64,000 nucleotides of DNA from the sequence record NC_005066.1. The stretch is one strand, 5' to 3'. The DNA comes from Escherichia phage RB49. The notes under the pieces are model-generated. The model saw only the letters and a program-made list of their open reading frames with translations. It did no database searches and was not told the origin of the DNA. The position numbers and the translations under genes are program-made. This document shows positions 1-9,489 of the stretch, in pieces (positions within the stretch are counted from its first letter, which is position 1; the number at the start of each line of letters is the position of its first letter).

Positions 1-2109
1 TTAAAATTTAACATTCTTAACCAGTTTCATAAAGTCTTGTGCGCGTTTGTCATTATGCAGAATACGATACCAGTTATCTACAATATCATACAGTAACGGG
101 CTATTCTCTTTAAACTTCGCACAAACTGCTTTAATTCGTTCGTTTGCTGCCGTGAATTTTTCATCACAGATCTTTTTAGTTTCTTCGTCCATAATCCAAC
201 GAGTACGAAGGAGTAACTTGGAAACCTCTTTATTATAATGACGACCGTACAGTCTGTCAATAAATTCTGGAACACAGCGTTCTAGTTCATCGTCATGAAA
301 CAACATAGTGATCACACCCAGATATTCGCCATACCCCAGATGATTGGTCTTAACCTTCTTAGCCAGACCAGCCAGCTTACCGCGAACAAATTCTAGCGCA
401 CATTCCAATTGTTCGTCAACGAGATATTTTTGTGTCTCGTTTCGAGTAATAATATACTTTGTTACCCCGAAGTAGTCAAGCGCCGTATGTAATGTATTTT
501 CACTATAGATCGATTTACGACTACGGCTTTCGAATGCATCACCTACGCGGAACATGTGCAAGCCTGATAACTCGCGAATCTCTGCCGCTTTCATGTGATG
601 GCTGGTTTTATGCCAACTGTCACCAATCTTTTCCATGATATACACGTTAGGCAGCTTGGGAGTCGCTTCACGTTGTGTACGCTCGGTCTTTTCCGGTTTA
701 ACTGCTTTAGCACGCAGATCATCGGCCTCAGACACTTTAATCACGGTCATTTCAGAATCATCATAATACTGTTTGATGTACTCGAAAGTCTCCATATGTT
801 TTTCGTTGTTCTGACGGAACACCAGTACCTTTTTATTGATGCCGTATTCCTGGACCATGCCGTTAAGAGTCAGTGCACGCAGTTTCGGTTTATCGGTATC
901 ATCAATAAGACACGTAATATCTTCTTTATGCATCCATACAAAATGCGTAATGTTGTATTGACTGCTAACGAAAGCAGGGCGCAATTTACTGATTGTGTGA
1001 CGAGTACGATACAGAGTATACACCTGACCTTCTACGTCATTAGGCGAATCTTTACCCGCATTCACAAACTTATTATAGATTGCTACCGGATCGTCCCATT
1101 GTCCGATCTTACCCATCTTGCTAATAATATTGCGTTGCGTCGATGAATACTCGCTCATAAATTGCGCAAGTTTACGCTCTGTTTTAATGTTGGCGATCTT
1201 TTCTTTAACCTTTTCCAACATCATTTCATTGATTTCTGCAATGCGTTTTTCGATGTTCGCTTTAGTCTCAATTGACAAGTGAACTTCTTCACGCGATGGC
1301 ATAAGGTCCAGATCACCCAACTCAAAATTAATGTAAATGGTCTGGTGCTGGCGGTTTACAGCTTCTAACCATGTTCCTCGAACATATTCATACGGGATCG
1401 GATACTGGATCTTACCCATGATTGCATATACTACATAGGAATCGTTATCACGCCCATTGCAAACATAATAATTATCAAAGCTAGGGAAATAATTAATTTC
1501 GATTGCATTGATATTAGGTTTGTGTTCCCCAAAATGACGAAGTACAAATTGTGCTTCTCGATGCCATGTCTGAATGTCTTTTTCTTTCACCGGAATAGTG
1601 ATTTTCAGACCGTTGTCTTCATAGGTCGGTTCGTCGAAAATCTGCACCATTTTCGGCATAGAGTTTTGCACAAATGCAGTAAAGCCATAAGCGCGACCAT
1701 TGTAGTAGTTTACGATTGTAAAGGTGTCAGTATAGCTATAAGCAGACTTCGCACCTAAACCAAAAGATCCGATATAATCATTAGTCTGGTCTTTTGTTGA
1801 TTCAAAGTAAACCGTAAACAGTTGTTCTAATTCTTTCTTAGACGGAATACCAGTACCATAATCACGCACAGAAAAATACGGTTCGATTGCAGTCGGTAAA
1901 TGAATATCAAACGGACGATCTAAGGTTCCGGCTTCTTTGTGAGTGTCGGTAGCATTGCACGAATACTCACGGACGCAAGCACGCTCACAATATTGATAAG
2001 TGTTCTTAGAAAGCACCATAAAAGCCTTGCTACTTGCTTTCAGTGAAAAATCAACCGCACCGCTCAAGTCACTGCCAAATACTTCTTCATTATCAATATG
2101 CATTTTCAT
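1..2109 (-). CDS. rIIA: rIIA protein (GHKL ATPase-like; rapid-lysis/exclusion locus)
   Basis: 702 aa ORF; motifs DYGTGIP and GSFGLGAKS typical of rIIA N-terminal ATPase-like domain; SD GAGGA then ATG at 2107-2109; stop at 1-3. Confidence 0.85.
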   Translation of the reverse strand: MKMHIDNEEVFGSDLSGAVDFSLKASSKAFMVLSKNTYQYCERACVREYSCNATDTHKEAGTLDRPFDIHLPTAIEPYFSVRDYGTGIPSKKELEQLFTVYFESTKDQTNDYIGSFGLGAKSAYSYTDTFTIVNYYNGRAYGFTAFVQNSMPKMVQIFDEPTYEDNGLKITIPVKEKDIQTWHREAQFVLRHFGEHKPNINAIEINYFPSFDNYYVCNGRDNDSYVVYAIMGKIQYPIPYEYVRGTWLEAVNRQHQTIYINFELGDLDLMPSREEVHLSIETKANIEKRIAEINEMMLEKVKEKIANIKTERKLAQFMSEYSSTQRNIISKMGKIGQWDDPVAIYNKFVNAGKDSPNDVEGQVYTLYRTRHTISKLRPAFVSSQYNITHFVWMHKEDITCLIDDTDKPKLRALTLNGMVQEYGINKKVLVFRQNNEKHMETFEYIKQYYDDSEMTVIKVSEADDLRAKAVKPEKTERTQREATPKLPNVYIMEKIGDSWHKTSHHMKAAEIRELSGLHMFRVGDAFESRSRKSIYSENTLHTALDYFGVTKYIITRNETQKYLVDEQLECALEFVRGKLAGLAKKVKTNHLGYGEYLGVITMLFHDDELERCVPEFIDRLYGRHYNKEVSKLLLRTRWIMDEETKKICDEKFTAANERIKAVCAKFKENSPLLYDIVDNWYRILHNDKRAQDFMKLVKNVKF

Positions 2110-2123
2110 AATATAATCCTCAC

Positions 2124-2381
2124 TTAATTAAAATCTTCTTTGTCCATCTCTGCGTAGATTACATCCCACGCCCATAAATCAATAAACGCATTATATGTCA
2201 CGGTGCAATCGTTGTCAATCACTTCTTTCGCATATTTCTTGATGTTTTCGTAGGAAACTTGCGGATCAATTTTGTGTTTACGAAGATGCGCATATTCATA
2301 CCTCAAACACTCCATAAACAGGTCCATCGATTTCTTTTCTCGATGACACTTGGCGATCAGAAAATCAAAACTTCGACTCAT
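2124..2381 (-). CDS. hypothetical protein (position of T4 rIIA.1)
   Basis: 85 aa ORF immediately upstream of rIIA, same strand. Confidence 0.45.
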   Translation of the reverse strand: MSRSFDFLIAKCHREKKSMDLFMECLRYEYAHLRKHKIDPQVSYENIKKYAKEVIDNDCTVTYNAFIDLWAWDVIYAEMDKEDFN

Positions 2382-2391
2382 TTTCTACTCC

Positions 2392-2586
2392 TTATACATT
2401 TTCAATCACCCATTGCAGATGGGCTTCTGCGTCAACCAGTTCAGCGCGGCTTTTCTCTAAGCACTTGCTGTATTCTTTACGTTCCCAATCAGCTATTTCG
2501 TTTTTCAAGACTTCTTCATAGTAAGCAATTACGCCTTTCAGGTCTGAAACTTTACGGCTTGCCAGTTCGATGTAATGGTTACGCAT
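2392..2586 (-). CDS. hypothetical protein
   Basis: 64 aa ORF in tandem same-strand array. Confidence 0.4.
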   Translation of the reverse strand: MRNHYIELASRKVSDLKGVIAYYEEVLKNEIADWERKEYSKCLEKSRAELVDAEAHLQWVIENV

Positions 2587-2763
2587 TTTGATTCTCCTTT
2601 GTTACTAGATAACGAATTTGGTCTTGCATTGCGATCAGTTCCCAGCGTGCTACTTTCATCATGGAAACCGACTCTTTGAACATAATATTAGCTTTTTCCT
2701 TATTCCCTGTCAAGTAGATTTCTGCAATTTTTTCACAAAATTTTTGAGTTTCTTCATTCTTAA
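2579..2763 (-). CDS. hypothetical protein
   Basis: ATG at 2761-2763 (MKPFKNEE...); ORF-track extension begins at TTG inside the upstream -35 box. Confidence 0.4.
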
Positions 2764-2826
2764 ACGGTTTCATATAAGTCAACCTTTTGTTTTCGATGGG
2801 GACATTATGATATATCCCCGATCCAG
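2764..2826 (-). promoter_or_regulatory. early-promoter/stem-loop cassette (TTGACA ... CATAAT)
   Basis: minus strand reads TGTTGACA-N17-CATAAT with GGGGA..TCCCC inverted repeat, then leader and ATG. Confidence 0.5.
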
Positions 2827-2839
2827 TGTCAACAGATTT

Positions 2840-3139
2840 TTAATCTTTTTTCAATGCATCCATTACTCGCTCTGCGATCAGTTCTCGTAAGCACTGATAA
2901 CCATGATATTTGATGGCAATGTCACGCAGATCATTAACCAGTTCCCGTACTTCATGGTCTTTCAGATCGTCTCTGTATTTCGATTTAACCGTGTCTTTAG
3001 GTGAATTGTGGATAACCTGAAAACCTTGTTCTGCAATCACTGCGGCTTCGCGCTGGCGTTCATGCTGTACTGTATTTTTGATCAGGTCTGCTTCCATGAA
3101 CTTTGCCATACTCATCATCATGTTATTCTTTTTGCTCAT
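2840..3139 (-). CDS. hypothetical protein
   Basis: 100 aa; ATG at 3137-3139 (MSKKNN...) preceded by GAGGA; ORF-track N-terminus is translated promoter sequence. Confidence 0.45.
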   Translation of the reverse strand: MSKKNNMMMSMAKFMEADLIKNTVQHERQREAAVIAEQGFQVIHNSPKDTVKSKYRDDLKDHEVRELVNDLRDIAIKYHGYQCLRELIAERVMDALKKD

Positions 3140-3204
3140 TATTAAATCCTCATAAAAGAAAAGGGAGACTCCCATTATAGAGAATCTCCCTTGTATGTCA
3201 AGTG
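3140..3204 (-). promoter_or_regulatory. early-promoter/stem-loop cassette
   Basis: minus strand TTGACA-N16-TATAAT flanked by GGGAGA/TCTCCC inverted repeat, between gene 39 stop and next ORF. Confidence 0.5.
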
Positions 3205-5028
3205 TTATGATTGCATCCAAATTTTGCGCTGATCTGCATCTTCACTATAGAGCAAATCGAATAGCTCTTTATAGTTTTCCGGTAACGTGATGATCTCCAT
3301 GACAGGATCGTTGATCACGCGATGATAGTCTGATTCTGTGAGCGATGCTAAACCTTTGATATATCGAATGTTGTAACCTTTGATATTATCTCGGTCGTTC
3401 TCGAAATCTTCTAGGTCATAATACCATCGAACATCATCACCTTTCTTTGGTTCCGCAATGATAATAGGTGTTTTGATAAACCGGATTCGTCCATCTTCGA
3501 ACAATTCAGGCCAACGTGCAAAGAAAGAGATCAGACTAGGTTTAATAGACCCGATCCCGTCAGTATCAGCGTCTGTCATAATCGCAATATTTTTGTATTG
3601 CATAACGTCCAGCGCATCAACACCAAATTGCAAACCAGTGATCGCCATGATGTTAAAAATTTCGGCGTTCTTAACGATCTTTGCCTCTGGTTGTTCCCAC
3701 GTTGTAAGAGTTTTACCTCGCAACGGGAAACCGCCATGTAAATCTTGATCACGTACAGAGATCAGATAGTTGATCGCGGAATCACCTTCCGTCAAAAACA
3801 GGGTAGTTTCTGCGTCAGTTCCAATAAGGTTAGCTTTAACGTGTTTTGCTACCTTAGCCCGTTTCGCTGCCTTTGCTGCCTTAGTCGCTGCCGCTTTATC
3901 TGCTGCCTCTTTGCGTGCCAGGACTACAGCAATAATAGGCATGATAATGTTTTCTTTCTTCGCAATGACTTTAGCCAGCTTTTTAAAATCAAGATCAATA
4001 TGACGCTTGATATCACCAGTCGGGTTAGTCAAGCGTTCTTTTGTCTGTGAATCAAAACGAAGGTTAGGCAATTCACGAACAATAAGAATACAGGTCAATC
4101 CAGATTTAACCGCAGCTTTAGTAACATCAACCTTATATTCTTTCTTGATTCGTTTTACAATCTCTTCACAAAGATCATCTGTCACATAATCAACGTGTGT
4201 TCCCCCGTTTTTGGTAAACAGACCGTTAGCAAAGGATACTGATTTAAAACCTTCTCCCTCGACCGCAGGAACTAGGGCAAGTGAAAAGTTTTTATCTTCA
4301 ATGACAAACGGATCATCATTGTATAGTTTAGCATAATCCTTGAACTTACTAACAATACGTTTACCATTAAACTTAAACGTGATCTTAGGAAATATTACGC
4401 TCAATGATTGCAGACGATCATGAACAATATCTAAAACAGAGTTGTCCATCATATAACCTTCGAAGTGGTCGAAGTCTGGACAAAATGTAACATTTGTTCC
4501 CTTCAATTTTGATGGTTTCGATGACCATGTGATATTTTCAGCACCGTTTGTACATTGAACGGTCATTTCTGTTTCGCCGTCACAGGTCACACCAGTAAAC
4601 CAATCGCTAAAGAAATTTGATAACGACGACCCAACACCGTTCATCCCTTGCGTTAATCGATTGGTATCATCAAAGTTAGACCCTGCTTTTGTTCGTGTCC
4701 ATGCGGCTACAGGTTGCGGAATCTGCGTACCCTCTGGGGTAGTAACCATATGTTGAGGAATACCGCGACCATTGTCTGTTACCGTAACAATATTGTTTTG
4801 GATATCGACGCTAATCACATTGGCAAATTCAAAGTTAGTGCGGATCGCCTCGTCTACAGAGTTGTCGATGATCTCATCAATGATTTTAACCAGTCCAGGA
4901 ACGTATGAAATTTTTGTCCATTTACCGAACAGGAAACGTTGATGTTCTTCGTAAGTTGTTGATCCTATATACATTCCTGCACGCTTAAGGACATGTTCAC
5001 GATCAGATAAAATGCGAAACTCACTCAT
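3205..5028 (-). CDS. 39: DNA topoisomerase II large subunit, fused gp39+gp60 type (GyrB-like ATPase + Toprim)
   Basis: 607 aa; GHKL ATPase motifs (DNGRGIP), Toprim region (MTDADTDG), C-terminal ...RKIWMQS matching the gp60 end; position after rIIA. Confidence 0.9.
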   Translation of the reverse strand: MSEFRILSDREHVLKRAGMYIGSTTYEEHQRFLFGKWTKISYVPGLVKIIDEIIDNSVDEAIRTNFEFANVISVDIQNNIVTVTDNGRGIPQHMVTTPEGTQIPQPVAAWTRTKAGSNFDDTNRLTQGMNGVGSSLSNFFSDWFTGVTCDGETEMTVQCTNGAENITWSSKPSKLKGTNVTFCPDFDHFEGYMMDNSVLDIVHDRLQSLSVIFPKITFKFNGKRIVSKFKDYAKLYNDDPFVIEDKNFSLALVPAVEGEGFKSVSFANGLFTKNGGTHVDYVTDDLCEEIVKRIKKEYKVDVTKAAVKSGLTCILIVRELPNLRFDSQTKERLTNPTGDIKRHIDLDFKKLAKVIAKKENIIMPIIAVVLARKEAADKAAATKAAKAAKRAKVAKHVKANLIGTDAETTLFLTEGDSAINYLISVRDQDLHGGFPLRGKTLTTWEQPEAKIVKNAEIFNIMAITGLQFGVDALDVMQYKNIAIMTDADTDGIGSIKPSLISFFARWPELFEDGRIRFIKTPIIIAEPKKGDDVRWYYDLEDFENDRDNIKGYNIRYIKGLASLTESDYHRVINDPVMEIITLPENYKELFDLLYSEDADQRKIWMQS

Positions 5029-5127
5029 TATTAAACCTCTTCATAACATAACCATAACTTACTGCAACCGCCACAAAGACGGCTGCAACAATCATATTAA
5101 AAATTGAGTGATTGTCAAGTATATGAC

Positions 5128-5301
5128 TCATGACACGCGCACATTTTTATCATAGTACCCGCCATTAATCCCGCGCGGGGCAGTTAATCCCTGTTTGCAT
5201 TCTTTACCACATTCAGGGCATTCTGCCTTTTCACGCTCGGAAATTTTGCGGATTTTCTGAAATTGACCGTGTTCTTCACAAGAATAATCGTATAATGGCA
5301 T
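5128..5301 (-). CDS. zinc-ribbon protein (CxxC...CxxC)
   Basis: 57 aa from ATG at 5299-5301 (MPLYDYSCEEHG...CPECGKEC); SD AAGGGGA. Confidence 0.5.
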   Translation of the reverse strand: MPLYDYSCEEHGQFQKIRKISEREKAECPECGKECKQGLTAPRGINGGYYDKNVRVS

Positions 5302-5302
5302 A

Positions 5303-5971
5303 TTATCCCCTTTGTTTCTTAACTGAATTTGGATCTGGATTTTCTGGTAGGTCTTCCAGACCCATAGCATAACGTTGTGCATAGATTAGCATAAGAATAT
5401 CGCGAGCGCAATCATGAATTGCATCATGTGCGATAAAACCATCTAGCGTACCCATTGGTAACGGACACTCACACATCCCGCGATGCATCAATGTACGCTC
5501 AATGGCGGTGCGAACATCTCGGATATTCCAGAATCGCACAGGTTCAAGGCTGAACGTCTCTCGTGTATTGTGTGCACGGCGGATCATATCAACTAGTAAC
5601 GGAATATCAAACGCATTACCGCGTGACCACAATACGGATTTAACCGGATCTACTCCTACGGCTTCACAGAATGCGTTAAAACGCGCTAAACCTTCTTTAG
5701 TTGATACTTCCGTACCATTTGTGATTAATTGCTTTCTCATGCCTTCTGAGGCGGTATTCTTCCACCATTCAACCACACCATGATCAAACACCCTTACACC
5801 TTTCTGGGAAGGAATATCAAATTTTACCAGAAAGGAATTGTCAACCAGTTCTTTAAATGTAGGTGGATTGTGAGGATCTTCTTTAAATCCGATTGCCGCC
5901 ATATTGATAACCGCCCCATCAGGCGGATAACCTAAACTTTCAAAGTCAATCATTAAATCCACTGGAAGCAT
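5303..5971 (-). CDS. dexA: exonuclease A (DnaQ-like 3'-5' exonuclease)
   Basis: 222 aa from ATG 5969-5971 with GGAGGA SD; N-terminal DxE exonuclease motif (MLPVDLMIDFESLG); position between 39 and dda. Confidence 0.75.
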   Translation of the reverse strand: MLPVDLMIDFESLGYPPDGAVINMAAIGFKEDPHNPPTFKELVDNSFLVKFDIPSQKGVRVFDHGVVEWWKNTASEGMRKQLITNGTEVSTKEGLARFNAFCEAVGVDPVKSVLWSRGNAFDIPLLVDMIRRAHNTRETFSLEPVRFWNIRDVRTAIERTLMHRGMCECPLPMGTLDGFIAHDAIHDCARDILMLIYAQRYAMGLEDLPENPDPNSVKKQRG

Positions 5972-5972
5972 T

Positions 5973-6215
5973 TTAAATATCCTCCGCGATATGCCGGAAC
6001 AACTCCAGATCGTTTTTATCCAGAATGAAACCGCTACAATCAATAATCCCGTTACCGTAATTATCGGTTAACAGTCGTTCCGTTGCCATGTATGCGCGTA
6101 CTTTGTTGTTAAAATTCATTACATGTTGTGCATAGTCACAATGAATCTTTTGACGGTTCCACGCGACAATTGATTGTAGATGTATTACATTAGCCACATT
6201 ATTAATAACAACCAT
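5973..6215 (-). CDS. hypothetical protein
   Basis: 80 aa ORF upstream of dexA. Confidence 0.4.
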   Translation of the reverse strand: MVVINNVANVIHLQSIVAWNRQKIHCDYAQHVMNFNNKVRAYMATERLLTDNYGNGIIDCSGFILDKNDLELFRHIAEDI

Positions 6216-6216
6216 A

Positions 6217-6384
6217 TCAAAACCCTCGCTTAGTGAAATATTCGATCATTTTATTGATACATTCAGCTTCACTGTCGCCGGATACGTTCCATCCATAATG
6301 ACCCCAACTAAAACACATGGTAACAGTTCCATTGTGACGGCGTACCGTCACATCGTCAAATTCTGGGATACTTCGCATAATCAT
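6217..6384 (-). CDS. small hypothetical protein (55 aa, below ORF-track cutoff)
   Basis: hand-translated MIMRSIPEFDD...; GAGGAA SD; stop one nt before next ATG. Confidence 0.35.
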   Translation of the reverse strand: MIMRSIPEFDDVTVRRHNGTVTMCFSWGHYGWNVSGDSEAECINKMIEYFTKRGF

Positions 6385-6394
6385 AATAATTTCC

Positions 6395-7786
6395 TCAAAT
6401 ATAGTCTACTCGATACCGCGCACGGGTAACACCAACATATAATAACTGCATTGCCAATTCAAAGTCAACATTGTCTGTACACATGCAAGGAGTATACAGG
6501 AACACGCGGTCTACGCTGATCCCTTGTGACTTATGAATGGTGCAAGCTGGTAATGCTTTTACATTCAAGAACATACGTTTCATCGTCCAGAAGGAATCCC
6601 AATCTGGTTTAAATTTTGGATTCTCTTTCTTCATTTCGCGATATTGTCCAGCGACCGTATTCAGATAGATAGAGAAAATGTTCTTCTGACGTTGTTCTGT
6701 TAGAATGTTGATTTCTACTAAATCCGGTTTATCTGTAGTGATTCCTACTGCATCTAAACCGACTTTCTGATTTAGGATTTCTTTGTCTTCGTCATCATCG
6801 ACGCTTTCCACTTTCAGAGTATAGCCTAAAACTGGTTGCGGTTCTACCCCCGTGCAACGTAATGTAAATTCACGCGGTATAACCTCTTTAACCCGGATCA
6901 TCTCACCATTGTTAAAAATAACATTGGGAATTTTCTTCCCGCGTTCATCTCGCAGATATTCGATCAACGGTTCCTGAGTAACCAGAATTTCATCTACAAT
7001 CACTGGTTCATCGGTGTTATAAACGCGCTTGCGCACAATTTCATTGAGTTTTTCGACGCTCTTGTTAGTGTAAGCCAGAATACGGTTTTCTAGAAGGTCT
7101 TCCGGCGTTTTAACGGTTTCGAAATAATGCTTCATAAACTCCGGCAGAGTTGAGCTATGGAATACACCCTCGTTACCGCACTGCTTTTCGAATACCCATT
7201 TACCGTTACGGACAGCGGTCGCCACATCAATTATTGGTGCATTGGACCGTTTAATCTCTGTGAGTTCTACATTCTGGAATCTTTCATCGGTGAAGAAAGG
7301 AGAGATCGACGTTGCACCGCTCGGATCAACTGGTCGTAACTGGTACAGATCACCCACGGCAATAATAACAATTCGACCGTTGATACTCTTCATGAGAATA
7401 TCAAATAGTTTCTTATCGACCATACTCGCTTCATCAACAATGATGATCTGAACATCATCTAGCTTAGGAGTATCTTTTTGTTCAAATACTTGAGTATCTT
7501 CATAGTTGGTCGGGTTAAGACGCAATAAAGCATGTAAAGTAAATGCTTGACGACCTACCGCCTTACTCAAAACTTTTTTAGCCTGGTGGGTAGGCGTTGC
7601 CAAAACCACACCAGTTACACCACGGCGGACCATTTCCTGAACAATGAATTTCATCATTGCGGTTTTACCAGTACCCGCCGCACCCCGGACCGTTGTATGC
7701 TTCTTTTGTTCAATGCGTTTCATTAGAACATCAAAAGCATGTTTTTGCCCGTCTGTTAACATATCGAAAGTTAATACTCTGCTCAT
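6395..7786 (-). CDS. dda: Dda DNA helicase (SF1B)
   Basis: 463 aa; Walker A GAAGTGKT, Walker B IIVDEASM; ATG at 7784-7786. Confidence 0.88.
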   Translation of the reverse strand: MSRVLTFDMLTDGQKHAFDVLMKRIEQKKHTTVRGAAGTGKTAMMKFIVQEMVRRGVTGVVLATPTHQAKKVLSKAVGRQAFTLHALLRLNPTNYEDTQVFEQKDTPKLDDVQIIIVDEASMVDKKLFDILMKSINGRIVIIAVGDLYQLRPVDPSGATSISPFFTDERFQNVELTEIKRSNAPIIDVATAVRNGKWVFEKQCGNEGVFHSSTLPEFMKHYFETVKTPEDLLENRILAYTNKSVEKLNEIVRKRVYNTDEPVIVDEILVTQEPLIEYLRDERGKKIPNVIFNNGEMIRVKEVIPREFTLRCTGVEPQPVLGYTLKVESVDDDEDKEILNQKVGLDAVGITTDKPDLVEINILTEQRQKNIFSIYLNTVAGQYREMKKENPKFKPDWDSFWTMKRMFLNVKALPACTIHKSQGISVDRVFLYTPCMCTDNVDFELAMQLLYVGVTRARYRVDYI

Positions 7787-8100
7787 TATCCTAAAATCCT
7801 CACCTTGCGAACACAGATAGTATTGAGTTCTCGCCGTACCCGTTCTTTTTCATATTCAGGAATTTTATATTCGATACCATCCCGAACAATTTCAGAAGAC
7901 CGGATTATACCAAATTTTCGTTTAGGCACAACCTTGTATTTCGGTTCACCTGCCAATAGACTCTCACAATAATCTATCTGATCACACATTGACGCTAACG
8001 CAGCATCATGTGTTTCGCAAGTTAGGACGCGACCTTTCGCGTCCACTGAGTATTGAAAGAATCCGTCTTTATCACGATAACATACAGCAAATACATGCAT
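7786..8100 (-). CDS. hypothetical protein (dda.1 position)
   Basis: 104 aa ORF, start overlaps dda upstream end. Confidence 0.45.
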   Translation of the reverse strand: MHVFAVCYRDKDGFFQYSVDAKGRVLTCETHDAALASMCDQIDYCESLLAGEPKYKVVPKRKFGIIRSSEIVRDGIEYKIPEYEKERVRRELNTICVRKVRILG

Positions 8101-8855
8101 TATAAACCTACCTTCGCTTTCATCAATTCAATCCACGACGCATCAATCGGAAGCCCGTATTTCACGCGTTCTTTTTGTGCTGGCGTTAAGTTCTCATACT
8201 TAGAAAGAGATTCAATCAAAACGCTGGTATATTTTAGCACGATTTCGGTATTGTTTGCAATAGCCTTAAGTTTTTCTTCTTTCTTGTTGATTTCGCTAAG
8301 GGCTTGCTTGAGATCTGCAATTTTCTGATAACGTTCTTCCATACGGGAGAGAGTATTTTTAATCGCTCGCTCGGCTGCCTCTGCTTTCTCCGGTTCGTTG
8401 TGCTTTTTATGGCGCTCGATGGCTAATTTCTTTTCTTCGATTGCCATTTCCTGATTTTTGATGCGATTCTCGTTAAGTTCGATCCACTCGATGTACTTCG
8501 CACGTAGGGCAATTTCATCATCAGAAAGTTTACCGTTAGTTCCTAGTTCCTGGATCTCTTTAAGAGATTCGATAGTGTGATTGCCACGGAAAGAATTGTA
8601 TTTCAGTTTAACCGGAATTACATTGCCATCAACATATCCCAGATTGCAATCAATGCGCTCTAAGGAGAGTCCATCATCACCTTCACCGAACGCTTCACCT
8701 GAATAGGCGCAATGAGTCTGACGGTAAATGTTACGCACAGTGACTAAGCTCATAGAGAAGTCTTTGTTGCGACGTGAAGCGCCAGCCATGATAGAGTTCA
8801 GACGGAAAACAACCAGCGCCAATTCTTCGTTAGATTTAAAAGCAAACAGTTTCAT
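8100..8855 (-). CDS. hypothetical coiled-coil protein (position of T4 srd)
   Basis: 251 aa; long charged helical C-terminal half; call is positional only. Confidence 0.4.
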   Translation of the reverse strand: MKLFAFKSNEELALVVFRLNSIMAGASRRNKDFSMSLVTVRNIYRQTHCAYSGEAFGEGDDGLSLERIDCNLGYVDGNVIPVKLKYNSFRGNHTIESLKEIQELGTNGKLSDDEIALRAKYIEWIELNENRIKNQEMAIEEKKLAIERHKKHNEPEKAEAAERAIKNTLSRMEERYQKIADLKQALSEINKKEEKLKAIANNTEIVLKYTSVLIESLSKYENLTPAQKERVKYGLPIDASWIELMKAKVGL

Positions 8856-8916
8856 AATTGATTCTCCTTAGTTGGTATGTGTGTATTATTGTCTATCTGG
8901 TTTGTCCTGTCAACAC
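8856..8916 (-). promoter_or_regulatory. early-promoter/stem-loop cassette
   Basis: TTGACA-N17-AATAAT then AAGGAGAATCAA-ATG. Confidence 0.5.
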
Positions 8917-9420
8917 TTAAATTAAAGAAAATTTGTAAATCTCTATCAGATCGCCGTTACACGCGTAAACTTCCTCGATCTCATCAAGGATCATGGTCGT
9001 CCCTGTCTTGTATATGCACTCGCGCTCATCTGCCAACATAGCATACAAAGACAGTCGAGTAGTCGGATTGTCATACTCTTTAGACACCACTCGATCAATA
9101 GCATGTTCGTAATAATTCATGCAAGGCTTGGTAGGTTTTATTGCAATAATCTTTCCTGTTGCATAAACATCGGTTGCAAAGTCCTCTGCTGTTGATTGCA
9201 GTGGCGTAAAGCTCATAGGACGCTCTACAACGAAAGAATCACCCACAATTAAGGTATCCAGCTTACGGCCTTCTCTTTTGCTCACACCGCGATACAAGGC
9301 TTCATGATGCACTAACCGCTCAGTCTTTTCAATCAATCCATTAAGGATCGACATATCGATATTTTCTTTAGAGTTCATCACCTCATCAATGATGTTAAGT
9401 TCTTCTGGTGTAAATTGCAT
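8917..9420 (-). CDS. putative ADP-ribosyltransferase (ModA/ModB-like)
   Basis: 167 aa; R (ALYRG), S-T-A and E-R-E motifs in R-S-E order; position of T4 mod genes. Confidence 0.45.
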   Translation of the reverse strand: MQFTPEELNIIDEVMNSKENIDMSILNGLIEKTERLVHHEALYRGVSKREGRKLDTLIVGDSFVVERPMSFTPLQSTAEDFATDVYATGKIIAIKPTKPCMNYYEHAIDRVVSKEYDNPTTRLSLYAMLADERECIYKTGTTMILDEIEEVYACNGDLIEIYKFSLI

Positions 9421-9489
9421 AATAAAAAAGCCTCCAATCTTTCGACGGGAGGCATAATAAAACCATTATAGAGTAGTGTCAACTAATTT
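9421..9489 (-). promoter_or_regulatory. promoter plus leader hairpin sequestering the SD
   Basis: minus strand TTGACA-N17-TATTAT, then hairpin GCCTCC..GGAGGC and U-run 10 nt before ATG. Confidence 0.45.

Noticed and set aside
595-1146. Plus-strand 183-aa ORF inside rIIA, and similar plus-strand ORFs inside genes 43, nrdD, 46 and the paralog genes (e.g. 15797-16072, 34531-34920, 37489-37878)
   Set aside because: Each is fully nested antisense within a well-supported minus-strand gene, lacks an RBS, and has low-complexity or hydrophobic composition typical of antisense frames.
3205-5028. Gene 60-type translational bypass element or an intron in the topoisomerase gene
   Set aside because: The ORF is continuous from the ATPase motifs through the Toprim domain and the gp60-like C-terminus with no stop codon or frame break.
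9430-9453. Hairpin plus U-run called as a simple terminator for gene 56
   Set aside because: It lies downstream of the promoter and contains the SD of the next gene, so it is more likely a leader regulatory structure than the terminator of the upstream gene; it is reported as a finding instead.
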